The notes below the pieces were generated by a model. It was not told the DNA's origin. It was given only the letters and a program-made list of their open reading frames with translations, and made no database searches. A stretch of 57,034 nt of DNA from Planctomycetota bacterium (GTDB lineage Bacteria > Planctomycetota > Phycisphaerae > WQYP01): contig JAJYDU010000001.1 of assembly GCA_021790475.1 (NCBI GenBank), positions 1 through 57,034 of the forward strand. The letters are read 5' to 3'. The position numbers and the translations under genes were made by a program. Shown piece by piece: positions 9,120-19,475 of this stretch. Position 1 is the first letter of the stretch. Each line of letters starts with the position of its first letter.

Positions 9120-10264
9120 GTGGGAATCTCCCGCAATTTCTTGCTTTTGAGAGTCCTCAATTCATCTTGGAGGAGGGCCAGCCCCTTTTGGGAAGGAGCA
9201 ATAATATTGAACCAGTCTTCAATCTTCTTGGCGCGATCCGCGAAATACGATTGCAGCGCGGTATCGGCGGCCAAGGCAATCTGTACCTTCGTGAATTGAT
9301 TATATCCCTTTTTTTCCGCATAACTCGCGACAAAGGCCTTTTTTGCCGCGATGAATTCCTTCTTAGGATTCAAGAGAAGTTCATCGACAAATTGCGCGAT
9401 GCCGGCATCGGTAAGGAACAGAAGCCAATCGTATGATTGGGCAAGGACTTTCAGTTCCTTATTGTGGTTTTCGGATGTGAACCAATTACCGTGGTTGCTG
9501 ACGACACCGACTGTCAGGATAAAGCGAGATAGCAGTTCCGCGTCTTCCGAAGCGATGATTTCCGCCATTAGGGAATAATATTCCCCACATCGAAGCGTGC
9601 CGTCGTTCTTCTGAATTACGCCGCCCATGCTCCCATCGATGAAGCGCAATCTTTGCAAGGAAGAAATGGTTCTTGCAACATAGGCGCCCTGCTTGGCTTT
9701 CTCGATGGTCTGCGGCCCTTTCTTTAACCCTTCCTCAACTCCCACCCGTTTGCATTCAAAGATGGCAAATGGTCTCTGGCGGAGGGACACGACTGTGAAA
9801 TGTCCGTTGTTTTTCTCGAGATTATCCAGATAGGCGTTGACAAATCTGTTGCCGAGATCACATATAGTGCATGAATTGCGGAGGATCAGGTCTTTCGTCA
9901 GCAAAACATTTGATTTCCGCAGATTGTGAGGGATATTCAGGCCCGCGAAAGCACTGTTTTTCAGGATTTTTCTGGCGGTGAGAGGAAGTGTCTCAGGGTT
10001 GAAGGCAATTTTTGTCAGCGATGTGGCGGAATGAAGACTGTATTCTACGTTATGCGTAATGGCGGCGTTCGCAAATTCTGGAAGTTGTCTTTCGATGGCG
10101 ATGTGCCGCTCGAATCCCCATGATTTCAAGCTGTAAAAAGTGATTAGTTCAACAAGCGTTCCGAGTGCTCTTCCCGCCGCTTTTTTGGCATCCTTCGCAT
10201 AGTGAAAGACGTCTTTAGCTAATACTTTTTGAAGACTATCAACGGAAGGATATGGCATGCACAT
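9116..10264 (-). CDS. putative type II restriction endonuclease (PD-(D/E)xK-like), partner of the methylase
   Basis: 382-aa ORF, translationally coupled (4-nt overlap, 9116-9119) to the methylase and sharing its low GC (~44% in sampled lines). Candidate catalytic D146...E170-C-K172 (FAIFECKRVG, E codon 9755-9757). No family recognised from memory. Confidence 0.5.
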   Translation of the reverse strand: MCMPYPSVDSLQKVLAKDVFHYAKDAKKAAGRALGTLVELITFYSLKSWGFERHIAIERQLPEFANAAITHNVEYSLHSATSLTKIAFNPETLPLTARKILKNSAFAGLNIPHNLRKSNVLLTKDLILRNSCTICDLGNRFVNAYLDNLEKNNGHFTVVSLRQRPFAIFECKRVGVEEGLKKGPQTIEKAKQGAYVARTISSLQRLRFIDGSMGGVIQKNDGTLRCGEYYSLMAEIIASEDAELLSRFILTVGVVSNHGNWFTSENHNKELKVLAQSYDWLLFLTDAGIAQFVDELLLNPKKEFIAAKKAFVASYAEKKGYNQFTKVQIALAADTALQSYFADRAKKIEDWFNIIAPSQKGLALLQDELRTLKSKKLREIPT

Positions 10265-10519
10265 GTTTCCCGGAACTGAAAAAAAATGGGGAAAGGATAG
10301 ACTCCGATGTTATCCCAGTGTAGTTGAAGGTTCAAAGCGACTCATGGAGTACATTTTAACCCGCTTTCGTCCGGGCGATCAACCGGTCTTGTCAGGATCG
10401 TTCTGAACCCCGCGGCAGAGAGTATAATCAGAATTATGCGCAACGGGACGGAACTGTTCTCCCGCCTCATTCCGCGAGGAGATAACCCCGGCGCGCCGCC
10501 ATGACGATAGAAAACGCTT

Positions 10520-11683
10520 ATGTTTGTTGATGAAGCTGAAATTGAGATATTCGCCGGTCGCGGCGGCGACGGCTGCTCCGCCATGCGCCGGGAAAAATAT
10601 GTCCCGCATGGCGGGCCGGATGGCGGCGACGGCGGCGACGGCGGCAGCGTATACCTGCTGGCCCAGGCCGGTATCGACACGCTTCTGGACATGGCGGGGC
10701 GGCATCACTGGCGCGCCGGGGACGGCGGGCGCGGCATGGGCAAAAAGAAGGCCGGCAAGCGCGGCGTTGATCTGTTGATCCGTTTGCCTCCGGGAACGCT
10801 GGTTTACGACCGCGATACCGGCTTGTTGCTGGCCGATATGACCCTGCCAGGCCGGCGGGTGACAGTGGCGGCGGGCGGCAAAGGCGGGCGCGGAAATGTT
10901 CATTTTGCCAATTCCGTACGCCAGGCGCCGAACTTCGCCGAGCCGGGCCAACCCGGTCCAAGCCGCCGCCTGAAACTGCAACTTCGTCTGATCGCCGATG
11001 TCGGCCTTGTCGGCTTGCCGAACGCGGGAAAATCGACGCTTCTTTCGCGGCTTTCGGCGGCGCGGCCCAAAATCGCCGACTATCCGTTCACCACTCTCCA
11101 GCCGCAACTGGGCATCGCGCAACTCGACGCGGAGCGACGCCTGGTTCTGGCCGACATACCGGGACTTATCGAAGGCGCCCATGAAGGCGTCGGCCTGGGT
11201 TTGGATTTTCTTCGCCACATTGAACGCGCCCGCGTGCTGGTGCACCTGATCGATATTTTGCCCCCGCGAACGCCCGATCCCTTCGACGCTTACATGGCTC
11301 TGCGCCGGGAGCTTTTTGCGTACAGCCCGCGCCTGGCCGCCAAGCCGGAGATTCTGGTCGCCAATAAAATGGACCTCGCCGGCGCCGCGGAATCGCTGGC
11401 CGAACTGCGCCGGCAATTGCCCGGCAAAGATATTCTGGCTATCAGCGCTGTCGCCGGCGTCGGTCTGCGGCCGCTGCTGGAAGCTCTCTGGCGACTCGTG
11501 AAGAACGCTCCGCCGGGCGAAGCCTTTCTGGATTCCCCGCCGCCGATGGTATTGCCGCCGGCCGCGGGACGGCCGGACGAGCCGGATGCCCAACTGGCCG
11601 CGGAAATCGAAGCAATCCAGGCGGACGATATCCGCAAGAGTCGATATTATCGTCGCGCTAAAACAGCGCGCCATCCGCGCTGA
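10520..11683 (+). CDS. obg: GTPase Obg/CgtA
   Basis: MFVDEAEIEIFAGRGGDGCSAMRREKYVPHGGPDGGDGGDGGSVYL Obg fold, followed by G-domain motifs GLPNAGKSTLL, DIPGLIEGA, NKMD. Confidence 0.95.
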   Translation: MFVDEAEIEIFAGRGGDGCSAMRREKYVPHGGPDGGDGGDGGSVYLLAQAGIDTLLDMAGRHHWRAGDGGRGMGKKKAGKRGVDLLIRLPPGTLVYDRDTGLLLADMTLPGRRVTVAAGGKGGRGNVHFANSVRQAPNFAEPGQPGPSRRLKLQLRLIADVGLVGLPNAGKSTLLSRLSAARPKIADYPFTTLQPQLGIAQLDAERRLVLADIPGLIEGAHEGVGLGLDFLRHIERARVLVHLIDILPPRTPDPFDAYMALRRELFAYSPRLAAKPEILVANKMDLAGAAESLAELRRQLPGKDILAISAVAGVGLRPLLEALWRLVKNAPPGEAFLDSPPPMVLPPAAGRPDEPDAQLAAEIEAIQADDIRKSRYYRRAKTARHPR

Positions 11684-11709
11684 CGAACCCGCTCCAACCG
11701 GAGAATTTC

Positions 11710-12513
11710 ATGAGCGTTCTGGCCATTGACATCGGCAACAGCCGCGTGGGGGCGGCCTTTTTTACCGACGGAAAAACCGCCGATCCCGCCGCGCGGATGG
11801 ACCTTGGCGCCATCGATGCGGAACTCCCCCCCCTGCTGGAGAAACTCTGGAAAGCGGCGAAGCAAGAGTGGGAAGAGTCCGCCCCTTCACCCGGTGCGGC
11901 GATCGCCAGCGTGGTCCCCGCGCTCACGCCGCGTGTGGCACGGATGGTGCAAAAGATTTGCGGCGTCATACCGGAACAAATAGGCGTGGATCTGGATATT
12001 CCGCTCCCCAACCGTCTTACCGATGCGGCCACAGTCGGAGTGGACCGGTTGCTCGGCGCGTTATGCGCTTACGTAAACACCGAGCAGGCCTGCGCGATCA
12101 TCAGCGCCGGCTCGGCGCTGGTCGTGGACTGCATCGACGGCGATGGCGTCTTTCTCGGCGGGGCGATCTCTCCGGGGCTGGCGATGGGCGCCAAGGCTCT
12201 CCATACCTGGGCCGCCCAGTTGCCGCCGGCCTCGCTGGAACCGCCGACCGAACCGATCGGTCGCAATACCCTCGAAGCGCTGAATCTGGGTTTATATGCC
12301 GCGGCCCGCGGCGCCGTGCGTGAACTGGTCGAGCGTTACGCGAACCAGCTGGGCGCCTGGCCGCACGTGGTCGCCACCGGCGGCGATGCCCGCCGCTTGC
12401 TCGGTGAGACCGGCCTGGTGGATTCGTTTATCCCGGACCTGGTACTCCAAGGCGTGGCGTTGGTATGGGAACATCATTCCCGTTCTCCCCGCAAACGGGC
12501 CAGAACGGTGTAA
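11710..12513 (+). CDS. coaX: type III pantothenate kinase
   Basis: 267-aa ORF with [24 protein letters not shown] and the ATGGDA acetate/sugar-kinase-fold motifs of CoaX. Confidence 0.85.
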   Translation: MSVLAIDIGNSRVGAAFFTDGKTADPAARMDLGAIDAELPPLLEKLWKAAKQEWEESAPSPGAAIASVVPALTPRVARMVQKICGVIPEQIGVDLDIPLPNRLTDAATVGVDRLLGALCAYVNTEQACAIISAGSALVVDCIDGDGVFLGGAISPGLAMGAKALHTWAAQLPPASLEPPTEPIGRNTLEALNLGLYAAARGAVRELVERYANQLGAWPHVVATGGDARRLLGETGLVDSFIPDLVLQGVALVWEHHSRSPRKRARTV

Positions 12514-14429
12514 TCTTCCAGGGTGCTCGTATCGCCGACGGATTCCCGGCCGGCGGCGATGTCGCGCAAAAGACGCCGCATGATTTTTCCGGACCGGGTT
12601 TTCGGCAACGACTCGGTGAAGTGGATGTCGTCCGGCCGGGCGATGGCGCCGATTTCCTTGACCACCCAGGTCTGGAGCTCCCGGCGGAGGACTTCGCCGG
12701 CGGAAGCGCCGGCCTTAAGCGTAACGAAGGCGGCCAGAGCCTGGCCTTTGAGTTCGTCCGGCCGGGCCACCACCGCCGCCTCGGCCACCTGGGGATGGGC
12801 GACCAGCGCGCTTTCCACTTCCATGGTTCCCAGCCGATGACCGGCCACGTTCACCACGTCGTCCACGCGACCCATCACCCAGAAGAAGCCGTCGGAATCG
12901 CGGCGGGCGCCGTCGCCGGTGAAATAGAACGGCGGAATCTCGCTCCAATATTGCTTTTGGAACCGTTCGTCATCGCCGTAAATGGTGCGGAGCATACTCG
13001 GCCAGGGTTTACGGATCGCCAGGAACCCGCCGGCATTGGGAGGCAGTTCATGTCCCTGGCGGTCCACCACCGCCAGGTCCACGCCGAAAAAGGGGATGGC
13101 GCAACTGCCCGGTTTGGCGGCGGTAATGCCGGGCAGGGGCGAGCACATGATGCAACCGGTCTCCGTCTGCCACCAGGTATCCACGATGGGACATTTTTCC
13201 CCGCCGATCACGCGGTGATACCACATCCACGCCTGCGGGTTGATCGGTTCGCCCACCGTGCCCAGCAGGCGGAGGCTCGTCAGGTCGTGGCGGGCGGGAA
13301 ATTCATCGCCCCATTTGATAAACGCGCGGATCGCCGTGGGGGCGGTATAGAACACGCTTACGCGATGGCGTTCGATGATATCCCAGAACCTGTCGCCGGC
13401 GGGATGGTTGGGCGCTCCTTCGTACATGAGAACGCTGGCGCCGCAGGCCAGCGGCCCGTAGACCAGGTAGCTGTGGCCGGTAACCCAGCCGATGTCGGCC
13501 GTGCACCAATAGACATCGTCCTCGCGCATGTCGAATATATATTTGCATGTAAGCGCGGCCCCGAGCAAATACCCCGCGGTGGTATGCACCACGCCCTTGG
13601 GTTTTCCCGTGGTGCCGCTGGTGTAAAGGATAAAGAGATTGTGCTCGGAATCCAGCGCCGCGGCGGGAAAGTCCGGCGGAGCGGCGGCGACAAAATCGTG
13701 GTACCAGATGTCGCGCCCCGGCGTCATCGAAATATTCTGGCCGGTGCGCCGCACCACGATGCATCGTTGGACGGTCGGGGTTTTGACCAGGGCCGCATCG
13801 ACGTTCTTTTTCAATTCGACGATTTTGCCTCTCCGCCAGCCCCCGTCGGCGGTGAGCACGGCCGCCGCCCGGGCGTCGTTGATGCGGTCGGCCAGGGCCT
13901 CGGCGGCGAAACCACCGAAGATCACGGTGTGCACCGCCCCGATGCGGGCGCAGGCGAGCATGGCCACCGCCGCTTCGGGAATCATGGGCATGTAAATGGC
14001 CACGCGGTCGCCGCTCTTGATTCCCGCCCCCCGCAGCGCGCCGGCCAGGCCGCAGACCGCGCGGTGCAGTTGGCCGTAAGTGAGAACTTTCCGATCGCCC
14101 GGTTCGCCTTCCCAGAACAGAGCCGGTTTATTTTCCCGGCCGGCCTGGATATGCCGGTCCAGGCAGTTGTAGGCGACATTGAGCTTACCCCCCACGAACC
14201 ATTTGGCGAAAGGCGGATGGCTCCAATCGAGCACCTGTTGGAATTTTTCGAACCAGACCAGTTCGTCGGACATTTGAGTCCAGAATTGCTCCGGCTGCTC
14301 AAGGGATTGTCGATACAGCCGTTCGTATTCAACCCGGCTCTTGAGCCGGGCGCCGGCGGCGAAGTCCGGCGGAGGCGGAAAGGCTCGCTCTTCCTGCAGA
14401 ATAGATTCAATATGGGCGGCAATGCTCAT
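12474..14429 (-). CDS. acs: acetyl-CoA synthetase
   Basis: 651-aa ORF with [22 protein letters not shown] and [11 protein letters not shown], full-length Acs architecture. Confidence 0.95.
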   Translation of the reverse strand: MSIAAHIESILQEERAFPPPPDFAAGARLKSRVEYERLYRQSLEQPEQFWTQMSDELVWFEKFQQVLDWSHPPFAKWFVGGKLNVAYNCLDRHIQAGRENKPALFWEGEPGDRKVLTYGQLHRAVCGLAGALRGAGIKSGDRVAIYMPMIPEAAVAMLACARIGAVHTVIFGGFAAEALADRINDARAAAVLTADGGWRRGKIVELKKNVDAALVKTPTVQRCIVVRRTGQNISMTPGRDIWYHDFVAAAPPDFPAAALDSEHNLFILYTSGTTGKPKGVVHTTAGYLLGAALTCKYIFDMREDDVYWCTADIGWVTGHSYLVYGPLACGASVLMYEGAPNHPAGDRFWDIIERHRVSVFYTAPTAIRAFIKWGDEFPARHDLTSLRLLGTVGEPINPQAWMWYHRVIGGEKCPIVDTWWQTETGCIMCSPLPGITAAKPGSCAIPFFGVDLAVVDRQGHELPPNAGGFLAIRKPWPSMLRTIYGDDERFQKQYWSEIPPFYFTGDGARRDSDGFFWVMGRVDDVVNVAGHRLGTMEVESALVAHPQVAEAAVVARPDELKGQALAAFVTLKAGASAGEVLRRELQTWVVKEIGAIARPDDIHFTESLPKTRSGKIMRRLLRDIAAGRESVGDTSTLEDYTVLARLRGERE

Positions 14430-14635
14430 GGAACCTCCCGAATGGGCTTGGAACCTGCCTCAAAACAGATCGAGGCCACGACTATCCTTAAAGACAGAGT
14501 CTTGAAATCCTGTCCGAAAAATAGACATAACGTATAATTATAGCAAGAATCAGGCCGCTGGTCGCTAAAGTGTTGTGATGTTGCAAAACGGCAAAACCGC
14601 GGCGACGCGGCAAACGGTGCTAAAGGCAAGCTCTT

Positions 14636-15796
14636 GTGAATGCCATCGGCAAAACAGTTGTGGTCGCGATGTCCGGCGGAGTGGACAGTTCCGTCGCGGC
14701 GGCGCTCTTGAAGCGGCAGGGTTACAACTGCATTGGCGCGTTTATGCGCCTGGGCCACGACCCCATCCCGCCAGCCGCCGGAACCGGTGGAGAATCGGTT
14801 CTTTGCCAGTCCGAAAACACCTCCGCGCCCCGCCAGGGCCATCAGCAGGGATGTTGTTCCACCCGCGACGCCGCCGACGCCCGCTTTGTCGCCGGCCTCC
14901 TGGGTATCCCGTTTTACGCCCTGAATTTTCAGAACGATTTCAATGGAATCATTGATTATTTCGTGCAGGAATACAATCGCGGCCGTACCCCGAACCCCTG
15001 CGTGCGCTGCAATGAATACCTGAAGTTCGGAAAACTGGCCCTTTACGCCCGCGCCATCGGCGCCGATTACGTGGCGACCGGTCATTACGCCCGCATCCGC
15101 CATGCCGCTGACGGCCAGGTGGAGATATGGCGCGGCGTGGACCCCGCCAAGGATCAGAGCTATGTGCTTTTCGGCGTACCGGCTGACGAATTGCCGCGGA
15201 TGCTTCTACCCGTGGGCGATTATCCCAAGAGCCGGGTGCGTGAACTGGCCCGCGAATTCGGCCTGCCCGTGCACGATAAGCCCGATTCCCAGGAAATCTG
15301 TTTCGTCCCGGATAACGATTACGCCCGCCTCGTCCGCAAGCGAACGCCCGCCGCCATCCGGCCGGGTGAAGTGGTGGACGCTTCCGACCGGGTGATCGGT
15401 TCGCATGGCGGGCATCAGCATTTCACCGTGGGTCAACGCAAAGGCGTCGGCGTGGCCCTGGGCTATCCAATTTACGTAACGGCGATTGATCCGCAGACCA
15501 ACACCGTGCGCGTCGGACCGCGGGAAGCGCTGCTGCGTCGCCGGCTGGTGGCCAGGGAAGTGAACTGGCTGGGCCGGCCGCCGACCGAACCGATTTCGTG
15601 CACTGCTAAAATCCGTTATAACTCGCCCCCCGCGCCGGCGATGGCGCGGCTTACCGGAGCGGGTGAACTCACGGTCGAATTCGAACGGAGCGTGGCGGCG
15701 ATAACACCCGGGCAGGCGGTGGCGTGTTACGACGGCGAGCGGTTGCTCGGCGGCGGATGGATTGATCGCGTGGATAGCGCCGGCGAAGAGGAATAG
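14636..15796 (+). CDS. mnmA: tRNA 2-thiouridine(34) synthase MnmA
   Basis: GTG start. VVVAMSGGVDSSVAAALL PP-loop, NPCVRCN, ATGHYAR. Carries a ~25-aa insertion after the PP-loop region. Confidence 0.9.
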   Translation: MNAIGKTVVVAMSGGVDSSVAAALLKRQGYNCIGAFMRLGHDPIPPAAGTGGESVLCQSENTSAPRQGHQQGCCSTRDAADARFVAGLLGIPFYALNFQNDFNGIIDYFVQEYNRGRTPNPCVRCNEYLKFGKLALYARAIGADYVATGHYARIRHAADGQVEIWRGVDPAKDQSYVLFGVPADELPRMLLPVGDYPKSRVRELAREFGLPVHDKPDSQEICFVPDNDYARLVRKRTPAAIRPGEVVDASDRVIGSHGGHQHFTVGQRKGVGVALGYPIYVTAIDPQTNTVRVGPREALLRRRLVAREVNWLGRPPTEPISCTAKIRYNSPPAPAMARLTGAGELTVEFERSVAAITPGQAVACYDGERLLGGGWIDRVDSAGEEE

Positions 15797-15806
15797 TGAA
15801 GCTTCC

Positions 15807-16712
15807 ATGAACATCACTCTGGTGCACGCCGGCGCGTTGGGTGACACGCTGCTGCTGGCGCCGCTGCTGCGCGGTCTCCAACAGCGCTGGCCGGATGCGA
15901 CCCGCACCGTGGTCACCCGGCACTCCTTCGGGCGGTTGCTGGTGGAAATGAACCTGGCGGAACATGCCGCCGATGGCGATGATCCGATCCACGCCTCCTG
16001 GTTTGCCGCCGATTCGCTTTCGCTCGCTCCGCCGCCGGTCCCCCGGCCTGGTCGGTCTCCCGCGTGGAGCCGTTGCGACCTGCTGATCAGCGCGGTAAGC
16101 AATGGCCGGGATTCCTGGGCGGACCACGCCCGGCGGTTCTCCACTGCGCGCCGGTTTCTTTTTTTCAACCCGCTTCCGCCGTCGGATTTTCCCGGCCATG
16201 TGAGCGAATATCACCGCCGCCAACTCGCCGCACTGAATTTACCGGAACCCGCGCTTCCACCGGCGCGGCTTAACCCCGGCGCTACCGTGGTGATTCATCC
16301 CGGCGGCGGTGCGCAGGAAAAATGCTGGTCGCTGGAAAACTTCATCCAAGTTGGCCGGGAACTTCTTGCCGTGGGTCGCCGGGTCGAATTCGTGCTCGGC
16401 GAAGCGGAGATAGAGCGCCTGGATGCAGCGCAAGTCTCCCTGCTGGCGCGGGATTTCCGGGTTCATCAAACACCCGGCCTGGGGGAGTTGGCGAAACTTT
16501 TCCGGCAAGCCGCCGTGTACCTGGGCAATGACAGCGGCCCGACCCATCTCGCCGGCGTGACCGGAATACCCACGGTGGCTATCTTTATTTCCAGCAATGC
16601 CCGGCTCTGGCGGCCCATCGGACCGCGGATATGGGTTCTCCTCCCGGGCCGAATTCCCCCGGCCCCGGGAGAATTGGCGCGGCGCGTATGTCGGTTGGCT
16701 GAGGCGCGTTGA
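15807..16712 (+). CDS. glycosyltransferase family 9 (heptosyltransferase-like)
   Basis: N-terminus MNITLVHAGALGDTLLLAPLL, then VVIHPGGG...K.W and NDSGPTHLAG, typical of GT9. Start moved to the ATG at 15807. Confidence 0.8.
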   Translation: MNITLVHAGALGDTLLLAPLLRGLQQRWPDATRTVVTRHSFGRLLVEMNLAEHAADGDDPIHASWFAADSLSLAPPPVPRPGRSPAWSRCDLLISAVSNGRDSWADHARRFSTARRFLFFNPLPPSDFPGHVSEYHRRQLAALNLPEPALPPARLNPGATVVIHPGGGAQEKCWSLENFIQVGRELLAVGRRVEFVLGEAEIERLDAAQVSLLARDFRVHQTPGLGELAKLFRQAAVYLGNDSGPTHLAGVTGIPTVAIFISSNARLWRPIGPRIWVLLPGRIPPAPGELARRVCRLAEAR

Positions 16713-16777
16713 TCCCTCTTGAAAAAATTACTTGCGCCGGGAGGGCCAAGTGCGAAGGTTGGGTTAGAATATTGGTT

Positions 16778-18031
16778 ATGAATCAGCCCAACCAACCCGA
16801 CATCGATGAACAAATGCGCCGGCTCCTGCGGGGCGTGGAGCAAATTTATTCGGAGGCGGAACTCCGGGAGCGGTTGATCCGTGCCGCCCGGGAGCGCCGC
16901 CCGCTTCGCGTCAAACTCGGCATGGACCCCACCGCGCCCGATCTGCACCTTGGCCACGCGGTGGTGCTGCGCATGCTGCGGCGGTTTCAGGATCTCGGCC
17001 ACCGCGCGGTGCTGATCATCGGCGATTTCACCGCCATGATCGGCGACCCGACCGGCAAGAAGAAAACCCGTCCCGTACTTTCGGCCGCGCAGGTGGAGGA
17101 AAACGCCCGCACATATCTCGCCCAGGCCGGCAAAATTCTCGACACCGGCCCGGAGAAACTGGAAATCCGCCGCAACAGCCAGTGGCTCTCCCCAATGAAT
17201 TTCGCCGACGCGCTGCGCCTGGCCCAGCGGATGACCGTCGCCCGCATGCTCGAACGCGACACCTTCCACGAGCGTTATGCGGCTGGAGAAGCTATCTACA
17301 TCCATGAGTTTATGTATCCGCTGATGCAGGGCTGGGATTCGGTCATGATCGAAGCCGATGTGGAATTGGGCGGCACGGATCAGACGTTCAATAACCTTCT
17401 CGGTCGCGATCTTCAGCAAAGCCGGGGGCAACCGCCGCAGATTGTCATGATCGCGCCCCTTCTGGCCGGCACCGACGGCCGGGAGAAAATGAGCAAGTCG
17501 CTGAACAATTACGTAGGCGTGAGCGAACCGCCCCAGCAGCAATTCGGCAAAACCATGAGTATTCCCGATGCCCTGATGAAGCAGTGGTTCCGGCTATGCA
17601 CGCCGCTGCCGGAAGACCGCATCCGTTCGCTGGTGGACCCCGGCCTGACCCATCCCCGGGAAGCCAAAGAAGTGCTGGGACGGTCGATTGTGGAGCAGTT
17701 TCATTCGGCGGCCCAGGCCGCCGTCGCCGCCGCCGAGTTCCGCCGTCGCTTTTCCGAGGGACGGCTTCCGGACGATCTGGAAATGCGTTTTGTTGATCCG
17801 GGGTCGCTTCGTTCCGGCCGTATCGGCCTGCTGACGCTGATCAAGGAAGTTGGATTCGCCGCGTCCACCAGCGAAGCACGACGGTTAGTGGAAAGCGGGG
17901 CCGTCCATTTTGCTGGCGAAAAAATCATCGATCCGAAACTAGCCGTGTCGCTGGACGATCAGCCTGTTCTGGTGGTAGGCAAGCGGCGGGTATGTCGGGT
18001 GACGATTCGTCCACCTTGTGCGCCGTCTTAG
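16778..18031 (+). CDS. tyrS: tyrosine--tRNA ligase
   Basis: HLGHAV (HIGH), KMSKS, and a C-terminal S4-like domain (SEARRLVESGAV). Start at ATG 16778. Confidence 0.9.
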   Translation: MNQPNQPDIDEQMRRLLRGVEQIYSEAELRERLIRAARERRPLRVKLGMDPTAPDLHLGHAVVLRMLRRFQDLGHRAVLIIGDFTAMIGDPTGKKKTRPVLSAAQVEENARTYLAQAGKILDTGPEKLEIRRNSQWLSPMNFADALRLAQRMTVARMLERDTFHERYAAGEAIYIHEFMYPLMQGWDSVMIEADVELGGTDQTFNNLLGRDLQQSRGQPPQIVMIAPLLAGTDGREKMSKSLNNYVGVSEPPQQQFGKTMSIPDALMKQWFRLCTPLPEDRIRSLVDPGLTHPREAKEVLGRSIVEQFHSAAQAAVAAAEFRRRFSEGRLPDDLEMRFVDPGSLRSGRIGLLTLIKEVGFAASTSEARRLVESGAVHFAGEKIIDPKLAVSLDDQPVLVVGKRRVCRVTIRPPCAPS

Positions 18032-18695
18032 CGGTAAGAGTTATGTTGCCGGTTTATGCCGGCATTCCCGAAAAAATTACTACTACCTCTTCCAACTGGT
18101 GTGCATGAAAGATTGGACGTGATGTCGATGAGACGGTTCATCGCCGTTATGATCGTGGGGGGATCACAAAGGTACGAAGACTTCATGAATCACTATGGAC
18201 CTACCTACCGCCCCATGGAAGATTCCCCAAAATACGGCCATACCGATCTCAAATGAATACGTAATGCGTGTTCCTCCATTCCTGTCGCTGACTATGTGAA
18301 TAAATGGTGGAAAAACTTCCAGTAAGACATCCTGGTCACAATTTTTATTCAAGAACCCTAACAATTATTACAACTCACCCTCAAATGCCGCTAACATTAC
18401 CGTACCTACCAACAACCACTTACAACACTTATCCATCAACTTTTCCACTTTCAACCCAATAACAACAAATTCATAACGTATGCTTTTTACAGTAGTTACA
18501 GAAAAACCTGTATTTCTTCACATTCCAACATCCACTACTGCTACGAATACTGGTTATAAGAATCTTATCATAATAAACGAAGATCGTATCTTGCATCGTA
18601 TTTGCGCACCAAGTAAGCGTACAAATGTGGATAACCTGTTGGCAATACAGCGGAAATGTCCAATTACTCTCACAATACATTTAATTAAAAAACAT

Positions 18696-19472
18696 CTATA
18701 CTGGTCCCATTATTATCTGACAAAGTGTCCCAATGCCTGATTTTTCCTGAATATTAACTCGCTGAGTGCTGGCGAGGCGAAAAGCGTTGACAAAATGGGT
18801 AATGCTTGCGATTGCACGTTGTTTATTTTGAGCTGAAGAGTATTTTAGTTGCCCTTGTTTGATTTGAATCATCGGATATATTCCAGGTAATGCGCTTCTA
18901 CGACCAATCAGATAAAACAATATTTGAGGGCTGTAAGAGGTTGAATAGATTGTATTGTGGCAATCGTCTGCGTGTGACCAGTCTAAGGCGCCTGTAAGAG
19001 CTAAAGAAATATTTCCAGATTGAATCCAGCGTATGGCACGAACAGAAGCCAGTAAGCCGGATGCAGCCCCGGCTGTAAAAACAAGGAGTGGACCTCGAAT
19101 ACCGAACTCAATAGTCAGCTCGGCCGCAACCGTGCTGGGAAGAGTGCGACTAAAAGCGGCAGGACTGGAATATTTGCCGTTGCTGTTCTTTCGAGACCGT
19201 TGAAAAATGAGATCTTCTTCCCGGGCTCCTCTCATTGTCCCGAGAAATACAGCCATTGTTTGCCTGTCTTTCGCAGGAATATCCTGCAGAACAAGACTTG
19301 CCAACTGCCGCGCCCGTTCTCCCAACGAACTGACAGATCGTTCTGCTCTGCCGGTATAATGGGAAAAAGCGGGCGGCGGTTTCTTAACTGTTTCCACTCC
19401 CATCTCGGCAGCTTTATTATTTCCCCTGCTATCTTGTGCTATCCACCTGAAGATAAATACATCATCTTTCAT
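18696..19472 (-). CDS. beta-ketoacyl synthase chain-length-factor-like protein (no active-site Cys)
   Basis: 258-aa KS N-terminal-like protein. The position equivalent to the partner's STACTSG reads TAGAASG. Starts 3 nt after the KS stop. About 40% GC. Confidence 0.7.
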   Translation of the reverse strand: MKDDVFIFRWIAQDSRGNNKAAEMGVETVKKPPPAFSHYTGRAERSVSSLGERARQLASLVLQDIPAKDRQTMAVFLGTMRGAREEDLIFQRSRKNSNGKYSSPAAFSRTLPSTVAAELTIEFGIRGPLLVFTAGAASGLLASVRAIRWIQSGNISLALTGALDWSHADDCHNTIYSTSYSPQILFYLIGRRSALPGIYPMIQIKQGQLKYSSAQNKQRAIASITHFVNAFRLASTQRVNIQEKSGIGTLCQIIMGPV

Positions 19473-19475
19473 TTC

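Noticed and set aside
12465-14537. 690-aa + strand ORF covering the whole acs locus
   Set aside because: It is antisense to an unmistakable acetyl-CoA synthetase. The product is Gly/Arg/Ala/Pro/His-rich with no motifs. This is a typical stop-free antisense frame in high-GC DNA.
18056-18680. Short ORFs 18056-18256 (+), 18164-18364 (-), 18471-18680 (-) and 18480-18740 (+) in the AT-rich spacer
   Set aside because: They mutually overlap and have odd composition (Cys/Tyr/Ile-rich). They are of the size expected by chance in AT-rich DNA, and no family was recognised.
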